64,000 bases of DNA. Origin: Macrostomum lignano. Taxonomy: Eukaryota. Where the stretch lies: positions 621,281-685,280 of the forward strand of contig NIVC01000309.1 of assembly GCA_002269645.1 (NCBI GenBank), given 5' to 3'. The position numbers and the translations under genes are program-made. This document shows, one piece after another, positions 62,901 through 64,000 of the stretch (position 1 is the stretch's first letter; every line of letters starts with the position of its first letter). The notes below the pieces were generated by a model that ran no database searches, was not told where the DNA came from, and saw nothing but the letters and a program-made list of their open reading frames with translations.

Positions 62901-63713
62901 GCCGGAAATTTATTTTTCACTCTGACAGCCAAGCAGCCCTTCGGGCCCTCTGCCGCAGCACCGCCAGCTCCAGGTCCGTCCTGGACTGCAACACCCAGCT
63001 CAACGGGCTTGCGCTAGGCAACCAGGTGGAGCTCAGATGGATCCCGGGCCACGCCGGCTTCCTCGGCAACGAGCGCGCTGACCTGCTGGCCAAGGCTGGC
63101 TCCGCCGGCGCGCTATTGGGGCCGGGCCCGGGTGCCCCCATCCCCGCCTCGGTGATCAATTCCCGCGTTAAGCGCTGGGCTGACTCCGAGCATCTCCGCA
63201 GGTGGCACGACACCCGGAATTGTAGGCAATCCCGTGCTGCCGTCCCCTGTCCCTCTCCTCTCCTGCGTAGAGCCCTCCTCAGGCTCAACCGCAGAGACCT
63301 CAGAGCAGTTAGCATGGCCCTCTCCGGGCATGGCTGCTTCTCTCGCCACCGCTTCCTTCAGGGCCAAGTACCGAGGAGCGGTGCCCCTTCTGCCGCTCAG
63401 GCAGTGAAAACGCCGAGCATTTTATCTGCCACTGCCCGGTTTTCACCAGGGCCAGGCTTACTCACCTCGGGCCAAACCCGGTTCTCTCCGACGTTTGCAG
63501 GCCCGAGAGCATCCCGCTGCTCGCCGGTACCTCAGGGACACCGGACGAGCTGATTTCTTCCCACCGTCGGTGAGGAGGACCGCGCTGCAGGCGAGACCGA
63601 CGGGTCCCCTGAGCGACACCACTTCAACGGAAGTCGTTGGTCGCCAGGGGCTAGCGGAATGGGCGGTCTCCTCCGCCTCCTCGCTGCATCCGCCGGACGC
63701 CCCCTGCAGCTAA
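59914..63713 (+). CDS. Retroelement ORF2 (APE-RT-RNaseH-CCHC), with four 1-nt frameshifts
   Basis: 808-aa open frame, then shifts at about 62258-61, 62517-19, 63371-72 and 63524-25; motifs continue in the adjacent frame after each shift. The exact stop is uncertain. Confidence 0.88.
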
Positions 63714-63728
63714 GTCAAGTAAGTCAAG

Positions 63729-63930
63729 ATCCCATTGTGTCTAGATCCCATTGTGTCTAGATCCCACTGTGTCTAGATCCCATTGTGTCTAGATCCCATT
63801 GTGTCTAGATCCCATTGTGTCTAGATCCACTGTGTCTAGATCCACTGTGTTAGATCCCATTGTGCCTAGATCCCATTGTGTCTAGATCCCATTGTGTCTA
63901 GATCCCATTGTGTCTAGATCCCACTGTGCC
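63729..63930 (+). repeat. 16-bp minisatellite (GATCCCATTGTGTCTA)n, right part
   Basis: Resumes immediately after the element tail. Confidence 0.97.
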
Positions 63931-64000
63931 TATTTAAAAAGTCGTTCCTAAATCCCCTAATGCCCAGAGACCACATAACTCAGCAGGAGTCTAACAGATA

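Larger units (their letters stand above)
57922..63728 (+). mobile_element. Apparently full-length LOA-like (R1/LOA-type, RNase H-bearing) non-LTR retrotransposon, antisense in an intron
   Basis: About 470-nt leader; ORF1; ORF2 with APE (VQEPW, GDVNAHH, SDHRFI), RT (LDIEGAFD, PQGGVLTPVLWN, YADD), RNase H (YTDGS, SEVLAI, SDSQAAL, WIPGHAGFLGNERAD) and CCHC (CPFC..EH..CHCP); 3' tail (TAAGTCAAG)2; flanked on both sides by the 16-bp repeat. Confidence 0.95.

Noticed and set aside
58000-63400. Many antisense and alternative-frame ORFs inside the retroelement and GC-rich exons
   Set aside because: Expected shadows of GC-rich coding sequence; no independent motifs.

Overview
Repeat-rich animal (invertebrate) genomic DNA: spliced genes with GC-rich exons and introns filled with micro- and minisatellites. 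The style resembles the flatworm Macrostomum, but that is inference only. Gene models were assembled by hand from GT-AG sites with consistent phases: (1) a Gln-rich orphan gene (-, about 9.7-12.6 kb); (2) a 3-exon gene encoding a non-conjugatable SUMO-like-domain protein (-, 16.9-19.8 kb); (3) a 2-exon multipass membrane protein (-, 25.6-26.8 kb); (4) a 10-exon RPGRIP1L/MKS5 homolog (+, 30.3-39.3 kb) lacking the two central C2 domains; (5) a 10-exon TRPM-type channel with about 8 N-terminal ankyrin repeats instead of MHR1/2 (-, 41.3-49.8 kb); (6) the last exons of a P4-type ATPase (flippase) (-, 53.2-56.6 kb, continuing beyond the window). Mobile DNA: a decayed, 3'-truncated Ty3/gypsy element with a tRNA-Ser-type PBS (21.4-24.5 kb), four MITE-like inverted-repeat elements, and an apparently full-length LOA-like non-LTR retrotransposon (ORF1; APE-RT-RNaseH-CCHC; 57.9-63.7 kb). 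The non-LTR element sits inside a 16-bp minisatellite that its 3' tail partly matches. Two pairs of related minisatellite arrays lie in inverted orientation around unique DNA. No rRNA, tRNA or CRISPR array was seen. All family assignments come from remembered motifs, not database searches.
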